IMG/VR virus record: IMGVR_UViG_3300017780_006957
Span: 32,001 to 96,000 of that record
DNA from: a virus
DNA: 64,000 nt
Direction: 5' to 3' (one strand)
Shown: piece after piece, positions 25,655 to 36,063 of the stretch
How positions within the stretch are numbered: position 1 is the first letter of the stretch
Layout: each line of letters starts with the position of its first letter
Notes under the pieces: model-generated
What the model saw: only the letters and a program-made list of their open reading frames with translations
The model's database searches: none
Told to the model about the DNA's origin: nothing
Made by a program: the position numbers and the translations under genes

Positions 25655-26509
25655 TCAATATGGCATATTCAGCCCTGAGCCTATAGTTTGTCTGAATAGT
25701 TGTTTAAATAAGTTTGAGATATTTAATCCTAAAGCCCTTTGGAATACTACAGCGAATGCTCCTGTATCGGCTCTAGTTGCTGATGTTCCATATGTATTGA
25801 ATAAGAAACTATTTGTGCCTGTTGCAAGATATGGTAATACACCTATACCTTCTTGAGTATTACCCGTGGAGTTATTTTGCTGAACAAAATAGTTTCCATT
25901 AACAGGGTCATATATATTATTAGTTTGACCAAAATAATAATTATAACCTGACGGTGTTGGACCTGGTGTTATTCTTGCATATTTTTGAGCAAAAGATGGG
26001 GTAAGAGCGCTACTTCTCATAAGTGTTTGTCCATTGGGTTGAAATATTGACAAAGCTAACTTGGCTGTAGCATCATTCGTCGTACCACTATTATCTAATG
26101 TAACTAATAAAGTAAATGGAAGTATATTTGTTGATCTAAAAACTCCACATAGAGAAGCTTGAGTCCATCCAGTTGTTCTCACAGGAATATCTATTCTTTT
26201 ATAGTTTACTACTTGATCAAAGAATATACCAGACCCATCGCTATTCCATACAGGGCTATTTGTCATAGTACCATTATAAGTGCCTAATCCACCTAGACTA
26301 TAAACAGTAGATCCAGTACCAGCATTATGAATACTTCTCATTGGCCAACAAACCATAGAATTCCATAATCCTAGTTTCTTTGTTCCTATTACAAATTTAT
26401 TAATTTGTTTTAAGTTTTCGGGCAATATAGTTTTACCACTACCCACTTTAACTCTAGTAGCAAAAGCAATAGTGTCTTTATCTAATCCAAATGTTCTTGT
26501 TCTTGGCAT
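25655..26509 (-). CDS. putative virion adhesin paralog 5
   Basis: shared F..G.K.LGLW..MVCWPMR...NAG.GSTVYSLGGLG block and T.G.GL.MP C-terminus. Confidence 0.65.
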   Translation of the reverse strand: MPRTRTFGLDKDTIAFATRVKVGSGKTILPENLKQINKFVIGTKKLGLWNSMVCWPMRSIHNAGTGSTVYSLGGLGTYNGTMTNSPVWNSDGSGIFFDQVVNYKRIDIPVRTTGWTQASLCGVFRSTNILPFTLLVTLDNSGTTNDATAKLALSIFQPNGQTLMRSSALTPSFAQKYARITPGPTPSGYNYYFGQTNNIYDPVNGNYFVQQNNSTGNTQEGIGVLPYLATGTNSFLFNTYGTSATRADTGAFAVVFQRALGLNISNLFKQLFRQTIGSGLNMPY

Positions 26510-26510
26510 A

Positions 26511-27326
26511 TTATGGTAATCCTAATGTTTTTCCGATTGTTGCTTTACATAGATTATAAAAACTTAATTGAGTGCTATCGTCAAGTGCTTTATCAAAGTC
26601 AGCCGCTAAAGACATTGTTCCATTAAGTCCTCTATCGTTCAAACCACCTCCTTGCATTGCCATGCATCTAATGTTATTTGTGTCTGCAATCGGAAAGGCT
26701 ACTCTCGTTGTCGTATTCTTGGAGGCTCCATTTCTGAAGGAATATGCTTGATTAAAATTTAATGCACTGGAAAGACAAACTCTTTGATTATTGTTGACGG
26801 TTTGGCTTAAAGTTGTTCTATTTAAAGAAACTCCCCACTGGAAAAGATTTGAAAAGAAAAATCCTTCCCCTGATGGGGATGCAAACCCAAGATTATAATT
26901 AGATGTTAATAGATAAACTTCCTCTAATGTGAGCGCATTTCGAATAAAAATGGATATTATATTTCTTGTAAAATAATTTGTTTTTTTGGTGTTTAAGAGT
27001 TGAATATAAGGTGGGGGATTTCCTAGACCAGTAGATCTAATACCATCAATTTCCCATACTATGTTGCCAACAGCTATGCCCATTTTTGTTGAATCAAGAA
27101 GACTGCATACGCTTTGTCCTGCGCCCACATTATATCTATTACTCATCAACCATATTTCTCCACTACCCCATATCCCCAAATCTTTTAATCCAATAATAAA
27201 ATTATCAATATCAACAGCATCAGCATTAGTTATCTTATCTAGACCATTTAATTGTCTATAAGTATTAACTCTATTGAGATAACGTTTAGTATCTATGTCG
27301 AAAGTGTATTTTCGTGTAGTAGGCAT
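26511..27326 (-). CDS. putative virion adhesin paralog 4
   Basis: DIDNFIIGLKDLG...TIGKTLGLP. Confidence 0.65.
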   Translation of the reverse strand: MPTTRKYTFDIDTKRYLNRVNTYRQLNGLDKITNADAVDIDNFIIGLKDLGIWGSGEIWLMSNRYNVGAGQSVCSLLDSTKMGIAVGNIVWEIDGIRSTGLGNPPPYIQLLNTKKTNYFTRNIISIFIRNALTLEEVYLLTSNYNLGFASPSGEGFFFSNLFQWGVSLNRTTLSQTVNNNQRVCLSSALNFNQAYSFRNGASKNTTTRVAFPIADTNNIRCMAMQGGGLNDRGLNGTMSLAADFDKALDDSTQLSFYNLCKATIGKTLGLP

Positions 27327-27327
27327 A

Positions 27328-28179
27328 TTAAGGTAATCCTAAGTTTTTGCCGATTGTTGTTTTTATTAAAGCGTATACATTTAAATATTCGGCAGGTGAT
27401 ATATATCTATTTGCTATCATCATTAAAGCCATCGCACCTTGAAAGTAATCTCCCGAACCTGTTTGACCATTTCTAGCTCCGATACCCATAGTATTAAATG
27501 TAGCATTACTAAAGAAACTCAATGCTTTAGTACCAGCGTTTGTAGTTGTGTTAATAGAAGCAGCTAGCCCTGTGGTTAAGCTTTCACCAAAGGATACATA
27601 ATTAACATGCATTGCTGCTGTGTTGTAAGGTGAATAAAATCTAGATCCTGCACTTGTACCATCAGAAGGTGATGAACCAAAGGTTACAAAAAGACCACCG
27701 ACGTTAATGCCAACATACGAATGAGATTGTACATTTATACGAAATCCTCTTGTAGTAGCAGTGACTCCATCATTAGCTAGTAATGCTCTAGCTGCTGTAG
27801 TGTAATCTGGTTGATGTAAACATATCATACTAAACCCAGCAACAACAGGACTATTTAAAAAATTAGGTATTCTTATATACTGTGAATTAGCGGCAGTAAA
27901 ATTAATACCAGATGATCCCCACGAAGGACCGTTTATCATAACACCATCAAACTTTCCTATGCCTCCAAATGATAATATGTTAGCTCCAGAACCCAAGTTA
28001 TGCTGGCTTCTAAAAGGATAAACAATAATGTTTTGTAGTAAATTTAATTGTTTTAATCCCGCTATGAAATTATCTATGTCTGCGATATCAGACAAATTTA
28101 ATTCTCTACCATAAGAATATAATCTTCTTAGATATTGTCTTGTCTCAGTTTGGAGACCATATGATTTAGAATTTACCAT
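27328..28179 (-). CDS. putative virion adhesin paralog 3 (LamG-like core)
   Basis: DIDNFIAGLKQL...IGAR...YFQG...TIGKNLGLP. Confidence 0.65.
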   Translation of the reverse strand: MVNSKSYGLQTETRQYLRRLYSYGRELNLSDIADIDNFIAGLKQLNLLQNIIVYPFRSQHNLGSGANILSFGGIGKFDGVMINGPSWGSSGINFTAANSQYIRIPNFLNSPVVAGFSMICLHQPDYTTAARALLANDGVTATTRGFRINVQSHSYVGINVGGLFVTFGSSPSDGTSAGSRFYSPYNTAAMHVNYVSFGESLTTGLAASINTTTNAGTKALSFFSNATFNTMGIGARNGQTGSGDYFQGAMALMMIANRYISPAEYLNVYALIKTTIGKNLGLP

Positions 28180-29009
28180 TATAAAATTTCTTCTATTATT
28201 CCTGTTGTAACAGTAGGCTTATTCTTAGCTATTAGAGTATTTGTGCCGTATAAATCTCTACCATCTGATGTGCCTGATCTTTCATTCAATGGCCAATATG
28301 AAACTAGACCATTTACTAGTGATGGTGTGTAATATATAGCTTCTAAAAATGATCTACCACTACCTGAATTATATAACGATGTTCTCTCTGCCGCTGTTAA
28401 TACTCTTGACCATTGCCAAATTCTTGCTGCTTGACCATTTAATGACACATCAACAGGATTCCAAGCGGCAGCTATTCTTAAATCTCCAACATTAGAAGTG
28501 AACCCTCCAGCTAAAACAGCAGATACTATAGCTCCATCATCAACTTGAATATAATAAGAAGATCCATCATACCAACCATTGACTAATTGCCAATTATTTG
28601 ATGGTGCTATATTACTAGATATATTTGTTGTGCCATATTTAGCAAAATAGATATATGTTCCAAAATATAATGCTGGCCCTCCTTGACCCTTGCCTATTAT
28701 AGTTCCATTATTTGACCCTTTAAACCAAGCAACAAAAGTAAAAGGTGAAGTTGTAAAGTTAATGGTAGAATTGGTTGGACAACTCATATGTTGAGATGCA
28801 GCTCCTCCTGTGCTTCCTGAACCACCAGCAAAACTTCTAGTTGTTGTACTAGTAGAATTTGGTAATGATAAATTATTTGTTTTCCTGAGAATAAAATAAT
28901 CATTAACTGCTTTTACTCCAGCAGTATTAAGAGAAAATCCACTATTACCTTCCATTCTCTTAAGGAAGGCTTTTGTTTCTTTTTCTAAATTGTAATATCT
29001 TTTTGCCAT
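28179..29009 (-). CDS. LamG/concanavalin A-like virion protein (paralog 2)
   Basis: FTFVAWFK, W.LV...YDG, WSRVLTAAER..LYN, GLVSYWPLNE. Confidence 0.75.
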   Translation of the reverse strand: MAKRYYNLEKETKAFLKRMEGNSGFSLNTAGVKAVNDYFILRKTNNLSLPNSTSTTTRSFAGGSGSTGGAASQHMSCPTNSTINFTTSPFTFVAWFKGSNNGTIIGKGQGGPALYFGTYIYFAKYGTTNISSNIAPSNNWQLVNGWYDGSSYYIQVDDGAIVSAVLAGGFTSNVGDLRIAAAWNPVDVSLNGQAARIWQWSRVLTAAERTSLYNSGSGRSFLEAIYYTPSLVNGLVSYWPLNERSGTSDGRDLYGTNTLIAKNKPTVTTGIIEEIL

Positions 29010-29010
29010 A

Positions 29011-29904
29011 TTATGGTAATCCTAAGCCGTTTCCGAGGGTGTTTTTATAGAGATCTGTAAACTGAATGCCTTGATCGTAAATATCTATGTTAGCGTGTAA
29101 TAAAAATGGAAGATTCCATGTTTGATTGTTAGTGCTGGTATACGTATATCTAAAATCAACTGTTGTTACTCCTCCATTCCAATCGAAGCTTGCATTGGAC
29201 GCAGATTTAGGCGTTTTGTTATAATATCCTCTTGCTGAGGATATTGAATTAACCGACATGATTACACTCTTGAATGTCGAGCTTGTGAAAGAGCCGAAGT
29301 TTAATTGCTGCGTTCTCCATGCCAAATATTCTCTATTGCCTCCTGGTAGGTAAAAAAGTTTACCATTAAACATGCTATGCCCTACTACACTATTTGATGT
29401 ATATCCAGAAGTATTAGAGTTATCAACTGTCACCATAGCACATGGAACATTTGACAATTTTAAAGACGGTACATTCAAATAACTATTATTAACTGACCAA
29501 AAAATTCCTAAACTACTCCAACTAACAGCATTAACAAGCGTTCCGTTATGAACACCTAACCCACCTAAACTATACACTGTTGATCCAGCTCCAGCATTCT
29601 GATAATTTCTCATTGGCCAACAAACCATATTCTGCCAAAGACCCAATGTCTTCATTCCTCTAGTAAACCAAAGCACTTCACATCTCCCCAAAGGATCTGT
29701 GACTCCTGCTCTACTGAGATATGCATCACCATCTACATCATTAAAGCCTAAGCTAAGCCTAGACCAATCACCAGACTTCTTTAGACTTTCTACTCTATCA
29801 TTAATGGCTTTTATTGCAGAAGAAGACACAACGATACCTTGTTCGCTCTGTAAGCGATTTATATAGGATTTTACTTCGTTTTGTATTCCGTAGAATTTCA
29901 TCAA
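29011..29904 (-). CDS. putative virion adhesin paralog 1
   Basis: LGLWQNMVCWPMR...NAGAGSTVYSLGGLG; TLGNGLGLP end. Confidence 0.65.
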   Translation of the reverse strand: MMKFYGIQNEVKSYINRLQSEQGIVVSSSAIKAINDRVESLKKSGDWSRLSLGFNDVDGDAYLSRAGVTDPLGRCEVLWFTRGMKTLGLWQNMVCWPMRNYQNAGAGSTVYSLGGLGVHNGTLVNAVSWSSLGIFWSVNNSYLNVPSLKLSNVPCAMVTVDNSNTSGYTSNSVVGHSMFNGKLFYLPGGNREYLAWRTQQLNFGSFTSSTFKSVIMSVNSISSARGYYNKTPKSASNASFDWNGGVTTVDFRYTYTSTNNQTWNLPFLLHANIDIYDQGIQFTDLYKNTLGNGLGLP

Positions 29905-30728
29905 ACTCCCTCCCAGAAAATATAACGACCAGTTGATCCAGATATGGTATTTACGGAGACATCTCCTTTGTATCTGTCATCAAAGAATTTTTCTCCTCTA
30001 GCGTCGAATTCAGCTGTTCCAGGATATAACATAAAATTAAATGAACTAGTATTACAGCCTAAACCATATTTCACATACAACGGAACTGTCCCGAAATTTT
30101 GCCCAACTAAAGTAATTCTATTGGAATTACCAGATACCACTTGAGTGCCGACTCCAGATGAAGAAGTTCCACTAATTAACCCAGTAATATAATTTGACAC
30201 AGATCCATATCCAATATCAAAATTAGTAACACTATCAATATCTTTATCCAAATCGGCCTGATATGCTAATGCTCCGCCATTATCTTTGTCGAAGTTGAAT
30301 GATACAGCATCATTGCGGCCATAATTTGGATAGAATCCACTGCCCATATCTACTGCTCTTCCTCCAACATTTTGAATTTCAATAGGAACTACTGCGGAAT
30401 ATAAACCAGTAGATGTTCCTGATCCAGTAAGATAACCAGTAAGATAACCAGATGCTAAGTCTACTCTTTCGTTTGGAGCGTCATAGAAAATCTGAAGGCG
30501 ATTTGTATCTGCCATCACTCCGCTCGTAGTATAATTTAATTTTAAAGAATTATTTCCTACGCCTGTAATGTATCCACCAGCAGTTGGATCTGCAAAATTA
30601 TAAATAATTTTATTTTGAGTAACATTGGTAACTAAAAGAAAATTCTCTAAAACTAATCCAGAATATTGGGTAAGCTGAACTATTCCTGAGTTTGAATTAA
30701 AATTATAACCTGTAATTAATTTTTTCAT
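29901..30728 (-). CDS. putative tail/baseplate structural protein
   Basis: LL.TNVT.N.IIYNFADP...LQIFYD N-terminal module typical of fibre-associated proteins. Confidence 0.65.
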   Translation of the reverse strand: MKKLITGYNFNSNSGIVQLTQYSGLVLENFLLVTNVTQNKIIYNFADPTAGGYITGVGNNSLKLNYTTSGVMADTNRLQIFYDAPNERVDLASGYLTGYLTGSGTSTGLYSAVVPIEIQNVGGRAVDMGSGFYPNYGRNDAVSFNFDKDNGGALAYQADLDKDIDSVTNFDIGYGSVSNYITGLISGTSSSGVGTQVVSGNSNRITLVGQNFGTVPLYVKYGLGCNTSSFNFMLYPGTAEFDARGEKFFDDRYKGDVSVNTISGSTGRYIFWEGV

Positions 30729-30734
30729 ATTTTA

Positions 30735-32249
30735 TTATAAAGCTATTGCGTAAGCGATAGATAAAATTTTTGCACTTTCTATCTGTTGATATATATTATA
30801 TACCCCACTTATTGTTAAATTTCCACTAATATTTATGTTACCACTTATGCTTTGGTCGCCAGTTGTATATACAAGATTGTTAATTCCTGTGATAAAGCCG
30901 CTTGGGTTTGAACTAGCATAAAACTGACCAGTTTGAGTGTTTAAAACATAAGAGCCAGTAGAATTAGATAAGCTGGTGATTTGGGTCTGAAGACCCCCAC
31001 TGATACCAGTAACATAAACTTGAGTTGCGTAAGAAGAAAGATCAACCCCAGTGATAAAACCAGAGGGATTTGATGAAGCGTAAAATTGACCAGTTTCTAT
31101 TTTTAAAACATAACTTCCTGTTTGGCTATTTAATGTAGAGATTTGAGTTTGTAATCCGCCACTAATCGTAGCCACCTCTTCTAAAGAAGCAATAGTATCT
31201 AAAGTACTTAAATCACTTGCTCTAGTCGATATTCCAAATTTAAATTTATCGGAATGGTCAAAGCCAATAATTGCGCCCGAATCATTTATTCCAGTTAAAC
31301 CAGATCCAGTAACAAAGAATATGCCGCCATCAACTGCACCACCAGTCAAATTCAGCATTATATAATTACTTGAAACGTTTGTATTGGTTGTATTGATTAT
31401 GGTTTCAACGCCAGTTACATATAGATTATTAATGTAAACATTGTCGTGGAATGTTTTAGTCCCGAGGATTGTTTCTGCGCCAGTTGCATTTACATACCTA
31501 GATTCAGATTCATTTTTTGTATAATAATTACCAGAAAATGATAAATCGACTCCAGTAATATATCCCGAAGGGTTAGTGTTTAGATAATAGGAGCCTGTTT
31601 TATTATTAAGAGCGGTTATTTGATGCTGTAGCCCACCGCTTATTCCTGTAACGTAACCAGTTGGCGCGTATTGGTTTGGATTATTAGATGAATAAAACTG
31701 ACCAGTTTGGCTGTTCGTGATGAAGTTTCCAGTTTCTGATTTTAATGCGTAAGAACCTGTTTGATTATTTAAAACAGTAATTTGCCCTTGTAAATATCCA
31801 CTAACACCAGTTACTTCTGGTTGAGCAGTAATATCACCACTTAATAAAATTCCAGTGCCATTAACTGTTGGGCGAGAATAGAAATTTTTAATTCCAGAAA
31901 TATTTTGATTTCCAAAATCATAAACAATATTATTAATTCCAGTAATAAATCCAGATGGATTTGATGAAGCGTAGAATGCGCCCGTTTCTGAATGAAGAGT
32001 ATAAGTTCCTGTTGAATTGATTATACTATTTAAATTAGTATATTGCCCCGAAGTTAAATGATAATATTGATTACTTTGGCCACCTTGTAAGCCCAAAAGA
32101 TAATTATGATCAATGGCATCAATGCCGCCACTAATGTGAGTATTAGCGTGTAAAGTATAACCCTGTGGTGATAAATTTAATAAATTACCACTATTGCCAA
32201 CTAATATGTTAATATTAGGAATGGGGGATACTTGAACATTGATACTCAT
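30735..32249 (-). CDS. tail fibre protein with internal repeats
   Basis: repeats TG.FY.S.NPSG(F/Y)ITG, TG(I/V)SG.LQ.QI..L, G.Q.ISG. Confidence 0.75.
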   Translation of the reverse strand: MSINVQVSPIPNINILVGNSGNLLNLSPQGYTLHANTHISGGIDAIDHNYLLGLQGGQSNQYYHLTSGQYTNLNSIINSTGTYTLHSETGAFYASSNPSGFITGINNIVYDFGNQNISGIKNFYSRPTVNGTGILLSGDITAQPEVTGVSGYLQGQITVLNNQTGSYALKSETGNFITNSQTGQFYSSNNPNQYAPTGYVTGISGGLQHQITALNNKTGSYYLNTNPSGYITGVDLSFSGNYYTKNESESRYVNATGAETILGTKTFHDNVYINNLYVTGVETIINTTNTNVSSNYIMLNLTGGAVDGGIFFVTGSGLTGINDSGAIIGFDHSDKFKFGISTRASDLSTLDTIASLEEVATISGGLQTQISTLNSQTGSYVLKIETGQFYASSNPSGFITGVDLSSYATQVYVTGISGGLQTQITSLSNSTGSYVLNTQTGQFYASSNPSGFITGINNLVYTTGDQSISGNINISGNLTISGVYNIYQQIESAKILSIAYAIAL

Positions 32250-32581
32250 TGTGTTTTATTATCAATATTAATTACAGATCCATACATCAATTTGTCTGGG
32301 CAACCATCTAATCTATCGGCAAAAAGATCATAAGAGCTTGGTGCGACATCAAGAAGTAGCGTTTGGTCAGAAGTTAAAGAGATAATGGCTGTCCCACTTC
32401 CAGTATTTAATATCTGAGTATTAAATACTGCTTGTAATTCATCATCAAAATCTCTTCGTATTTGACCAGTTAAAGTTATCCCAGAAAGATTATAGGGAGA
32501 GCCATCTGTATTGGTAAATGTCAACCCCAAACTAAAACAAGCTCGTTTCTCAACGGAAATATTATACAGCGCAGCACTCAT
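32246..32581 (-). CDS. putative structural/adaptor protein
   Basis: DG.PYNLSG......QIR...G...ISL....T...YD; GTGTAA upstream. Confidence 0.6.
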   Translation of the reverse strand: MSAALYNISVEKRACFSLGLTFTNTDGSPYNLSGITLTGQIRRDFDDELQAVFNTQILNTGSGTAIISLTSDQTLLLDVAPSSYDLFADRLDGCPDKLMYGSVINIDNKTQ

Positions 32582-32612
32582 CAAATGCTTTTACACTTAT
32601 CGTTTAAATTAT

Positions 32613-32948
32613 TTACTTATTGACAAACTTTTCTGGACTCTTTTCAAACTTTTTCGCTAAATTGACAATTCCGTTAATGATTTCTGGAGAAACAACGCCA
32701 ATAGTTCCATAAATTATGGCTTTATATAGCGAAGAAATCTCTAACGAATTAATAACCGTACCTGAGTCAATGATTATCCAAGCCACACCCGATAACATTG
32801 AAGCTGCACAAACTTTTTTTAATTGTTGCAAAATTGTCAACTTTACTGGACTAGAAATTAATCTTGTAGCCATTGTTAACGCTCCAATAAAAGGAATGAT
32901 CCAACCACCATTTATAAATTCTTTTAAGAGAGACTTCTCAGGTTCCAT
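32613..32948 (-). CDS. multi-TM membrane protein, holin-like
   Basis: three hydrophobic segments, basic C-terminus; GTGTAA upstream. Confidence 0.6.
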   Translation of the reverse strand: MEPEKSLLKEFINGGWIIPFIGALTMATRLISSPVKLTILQQLKKVCAASMLSGVAWIIIDSGTVINSLEISSLYKAIIYGTIGVVSPEIINGIVNLAKKFEKSPEKFVNK

Positions 32949-32975
32949 GATAAACATAATTACACAGTGAACACA

Positions 32976-33007
32976 AAAAAAACCTCATAAAAATATGAGG
33001 TTTTTTT
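32976..33007. terminator. intrinsic terminator
   Basis: A8-CCTCATA-aaaa-TATGAGG-T tract. Confidence 0.75.
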
Positions 33008-33018
33008 AAAAAAATTAT

Positions 33019-33219
33019 TTACTTTTTTAAGGAAACACTAAATATTGTTAGTGCCGTTTCCCCAGTGTCTGATTTTGTAATCTCATCGACCCTTCCATTC
33101 ATTCTTGACGCGCAATCCTTTGCCCACCTAAACCCTTCTGAAATTTCGCTAGTGTAGGTTTGAATATAATTGTTTTTGTAGTCATAGACTCGATATAGAT
33201 TATGTTGTTTTTCGCTCAT
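33019..33219 (-). CDS. hypothetical protein
   Basis: TTGACT-17-TAATCT promoter 8 nt upstream of ATG. Confidence 0.7.
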   Translation of the reverse strand: MSEKQHNLYRVYDYKNNYIQTYTSEISEGFRWAKDCASRMNGRVDEITKSDTGETALTIFSVSLKK

Positions 33220-33239
33220 GTGTTTATAGATTACTGTTT

Positions 33240-33533
33240 TTAATCAACAAAGTCAAGATTTTTTTCCGCAAGGCTATTTGAATTTGCGGTTTTTTCTGGA
33301 TAAAACTCTAAAGCAATATTCCCAACAAATTTAGCATCGTCGCTAATAATCCCAAAAATTAATACAAAATTATGATTAAAATGGCTTTCTTTAATATCCA
33401 AGAAATGTTTTTTATTATTTAAAAAAAGTGAATGGACTTTTCCTTCGCTTTGTAGAGTGCAGTTTTCAAAAATTTGATCTTGAAAATGTTTTGTGATGCT
33501 GTTTGTGCCGATTATTTTAATTGAGCCTTTCAT
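33240..33533 (-). CDS. hypothetical protein
   Basis: ORF track. Confidence 0.6.
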   Translation of the reverse strand: MKGSIKIIGTNSITKHFQDQIFENCTLQSEGKVHSLFLNNKKHFLDIKESHFNHNFVLIFGIISDDAKFVGNIALEFYPEKTANSNSLAEKNLDFVD

Positions 33534-33987
33534 GTTTCCAAGTGATTTGTATATTATTTTCTTTTATATTTAATTCGCCAATATGATCGTATCGTTTTAG
33601 CCAATTTAAGAATTTATTTAATTTATGTTTCCTAGTTATACTAGCTGAAATTGAAGATTTATCAAATTTATTCATAGCAAAAAATACTGTTTCATGAATC
33701 ATTTGCATGGATAATTTTTGATCTTTAGAAAAACCACCAAAAGAAAACTCAAGAGCAATTTCAGAATTTTGCCAAGAAAAAAATGTATATCTATCAATTT
33801 TGGGTTTTGAAGACTTAACAATAAAACACTCTTTGCTTAAAAAATCAAAATATTCTTTGATTTTCAAAGACCTTAAAGATGGCGATCTTAGAGAACAAAA
33901 ATCATAAGGTTTAGATTTGATACAAAAATCATAGAACAGATCAAATAATTCTTTATTATCGTAATCTACCTGTTTAATTTCCGTCAT
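33517..33987 (-). CDS. hypothetical protein
   Basis: ORF track. Confidence 0.65.
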   Translation of the reverse strand: MTEIKQVDYDNKELFDLFYDFCIKSKPYDFCSLRSPSLRSLKIKEYFDFLSKECFIVKSSKPKIDRYTFFSWQNSEIALEFSFGGFSKDQKLSMQMIHETVFFAMNKFDKSSISASITRKHKLNKFLNWLKRYDHIGELNIKENNIQITWKHERLN

Positions 33988-34024
33988 TACTGTTTATAAT
34001 AACAATAATAGTGTAAATTTAAAT

Positions 34025-35002
34025 ATGGGTCAAGGTCAAAATAAAATAGCAAGCAGTTTGTTGGATATCCAACCGACAGCAGTGCTAGAATTTTTTAGAA
34101 TATATCCAGATACAGTCAATAAGCCAACCGCCTTCATTCCAATTCATGGCGGATCTATATTCGGAGGAAATGTTACTTGGCAGTCTATTGAATATATTCC
34201 CGTGCCAGTAGAGGGTGAAGGTTTTGAAATCAATGGCAATGGTCAATTATCAAGGCCAAAAATTAGAATTGCCAATAAAGATTATTTAATAAGCAGTTTA
34301 CTTCAAAATAATTTTGATTTTAAAAATGCTAAAATAGTCAGAAAAAGAACATTCTTAAAATATTTAGATGATGTTAACTTCGAAGGTGGCAATCCTTTTG
34401 GACCTCAAGATTTTACGGCAGAAATAAATAACGAAACATTTTTAATTGGTCAAAAAACGGCTGAAAATAAAGTATATGTAGAGTTTGAACTCACTTCGCC
34501 GCTTGATTTAGAAAATTTTGAAATCACTAATAGACAAATATTAGCAAAGTATTGTTATTGGATGTATAGAGGCGCAGGCTGTAATTATGTTAATAAACCA
34601 ATAGAAATGGAAAACGGAGATCCATTTTTAGATGCAAATGGAGATGCTGTAATTCCAAATTCTCCAGAAAATGGATTTTTGACTAATTCTAATTATCAAT
34701 GGATCGATACTACTACTTATAATCAAAGTGGTATAGCGTATTTAGAAAATCCAAAAGTAATTATCAATAAAAACCCTAATGACAAAGAAAGTTATTCAGG
34801 ACCGCTAAGAACTTGGTATGTTTCCATTACTGGCGGTAATTTAAATAATCATCCAGAATCAAATCCAACTTATTGGCTAAAAGATGGATGCTCAAAAAAA
34901 TTAAATGCTTGTAAAAAAAGATTTATTAGTAGCCCCAAAATACAAGGAGAAAGTCTGCCATTTGGAGGCTTTCCTGGAACAGATGGATTCCCTTATGGTT
35001 AA
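34025..35002 (+). CDS. minor tail protein L (lambda gpL-like)
   Basis: P..GEGFE..G.G.L.RP, RKRT..KYLD.VNF, C.W.YRG.GC, D.C.K....CK.RF, LPFGGFPG. Confidence 0.9.
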   Translation: MGQGQNKIASSLLDIQPTAVLEFFRIYPDTVNKPTAFIPIHGGSIFGGNVTWQSIEYIPVPVEGEGFEINGNGQLSRPKIRIANKDYLISSLLQNNFDFKNAKIVRKRTFLKYLDDVNFEGGNPFGPQDFTAEINNETFLIGQKTAENKVYVEFELTSPLDLENFEITNRQILAKYCYWMYRGAGCNYVNKPIEMENGDPFLDANGDAVIPNSPENGFLTNSNYQWIDTTTYNQSGIAYLENPKVIINKNPNDKESYSGPLRTWYVSITGGNLNNHPESNPTYWLKDGCSKKLNACKKRFISSPKIQGESLPFGGFPGTDGFPYG

Positions 35003-35396
35003 TATTTGTAAAAATATAAAAGATGCATTAGCGGTAATTAAAAATCACTGCTGTTCAAATCCGTATACTGAAGTATGTGGATTTATAGGCTATGATGAAA
35101 GTTTAAAAAAACACATAGTGCAGCTAGAAAAAAATTGCTCCACTGATCCTCAAAACTTTTTTGCTATTGACGCTTTGAAATATTTGCTTTTTAAGCAGAA
35201 GTATTTATTTGGCGCAATCTTCCATAGTCATATTATTGGCGACGAAAAAGCTTCTGAGTTCGATATTAAAATGTCAGAAAATTGCTGTATTCCATTTTTG
35301 ATTTACGGGTTAAACACTGATGAGTTCGAAATTTATCAGCCTAAAAATATCGAATGTGATGTAAAGATACTAAAGAGAATTAAATCCAACATATGA
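34995..35396 (+). CDS. tail assembly protein K-like (JAB/MPN domain)
   Basis: EVCG...FHSH......S..D JAMM motif; lies between L and I. Confidence 0.85.
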   Translation: MVNICKNIKDALAVIKNHCCSNPYTEVCGFIGYDESLKKHIVQLEKNCSTDPQNFFAIDALKYLLFKQKYLFGAIFHSHIIGDEKASEFDIKMSENCCIPFLIYGLNTDEFEIYQPKNIECDVKILKRIKSNI

Positions 35397-36055
35397 CAAA
35401 TATAATTTTACATGGAATTCTTGCTAAAGAATTTGGCGGAAACTTTAGAATGAAAATTCATAAGGCTATAAATGTTATTAAAGCTATAGATGTCAATAGA
35501 AGAACTTTTAATAAAAGAATATTCGAACTTTCGAGAGAAGGATTAAATTATACAATGATTGTTGATGGTAAAAAAATTACTGAATTAGAGGAATTAAATA
35601 TACAAAAAGAACCACAGGAGATTCATTTAGTTCCTTTGATTATGGGATCTGGGGGGGTTGCTTTGGTGACTGCGCTTGGATTTGCAACCTCCGCAGGAAC
35701 TCTTATAGGTGGTGCTGCTTTTGCTGCGGCAGCAATAAACGCAGTCATTCTTACTGTTGTATCCGTTGGTCTTCAAATGTTATTGGCCCCAAAACCTGAT
35801 GCTGGTCCAGCAATATCTGCGACTACAAAAGCTTTGTCAGAATCTTTTGCTTTCTCTAATAAAGGAAACGTAGCTGCTCAAGGCTCTGCGGTCCCAGTTG
35901 GCTATGGACGACTCAAAGTTGGATCGAAATTAATACAAATGAGCGTAAAATCATTTCCTCAAAATCAAAATGCAACTAGCATTATGCGTCAAAATCCTTA
36001 TTCTTCCCCCAATACAACCGAACAGATTATTGAGACTGTATCTAATAAATCTTAA
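35393..36055 (+). CDS. tail assembly protein I
   Basis: LHG.L...FG, IHLVP..GSGG, Ala-rich segment, QG.AVPVGYG...VGS. Confidence 0.85.
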   Translation: MTNIILHGILAKEFGGNFRMKIHKAINVIKAIDVNRRTFNKRIFELSREGLNYTMIVDGKKITELEELNIQKEPQEIHLVPLIMGSGGVALVTALGFATSAGTLIGGAAFAAAAINAVILTVVSVGLQMLLAPKPDAGPAISATTKALSESFAFSNKGNVAAQGSAVPVGYGRLKVGSKLIQMSVKSFPQNQNATSIMRQNPYSSPNTTEQIIETVSNKS

Positions 36056-36063
36056 TAAATAAT

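Noticed and set aside
25655-29904. Diversity-generating retroelement acting on the paralogs
   Set aside because: No reverse transcriptase and no near-identical TR/VR pair in the window.
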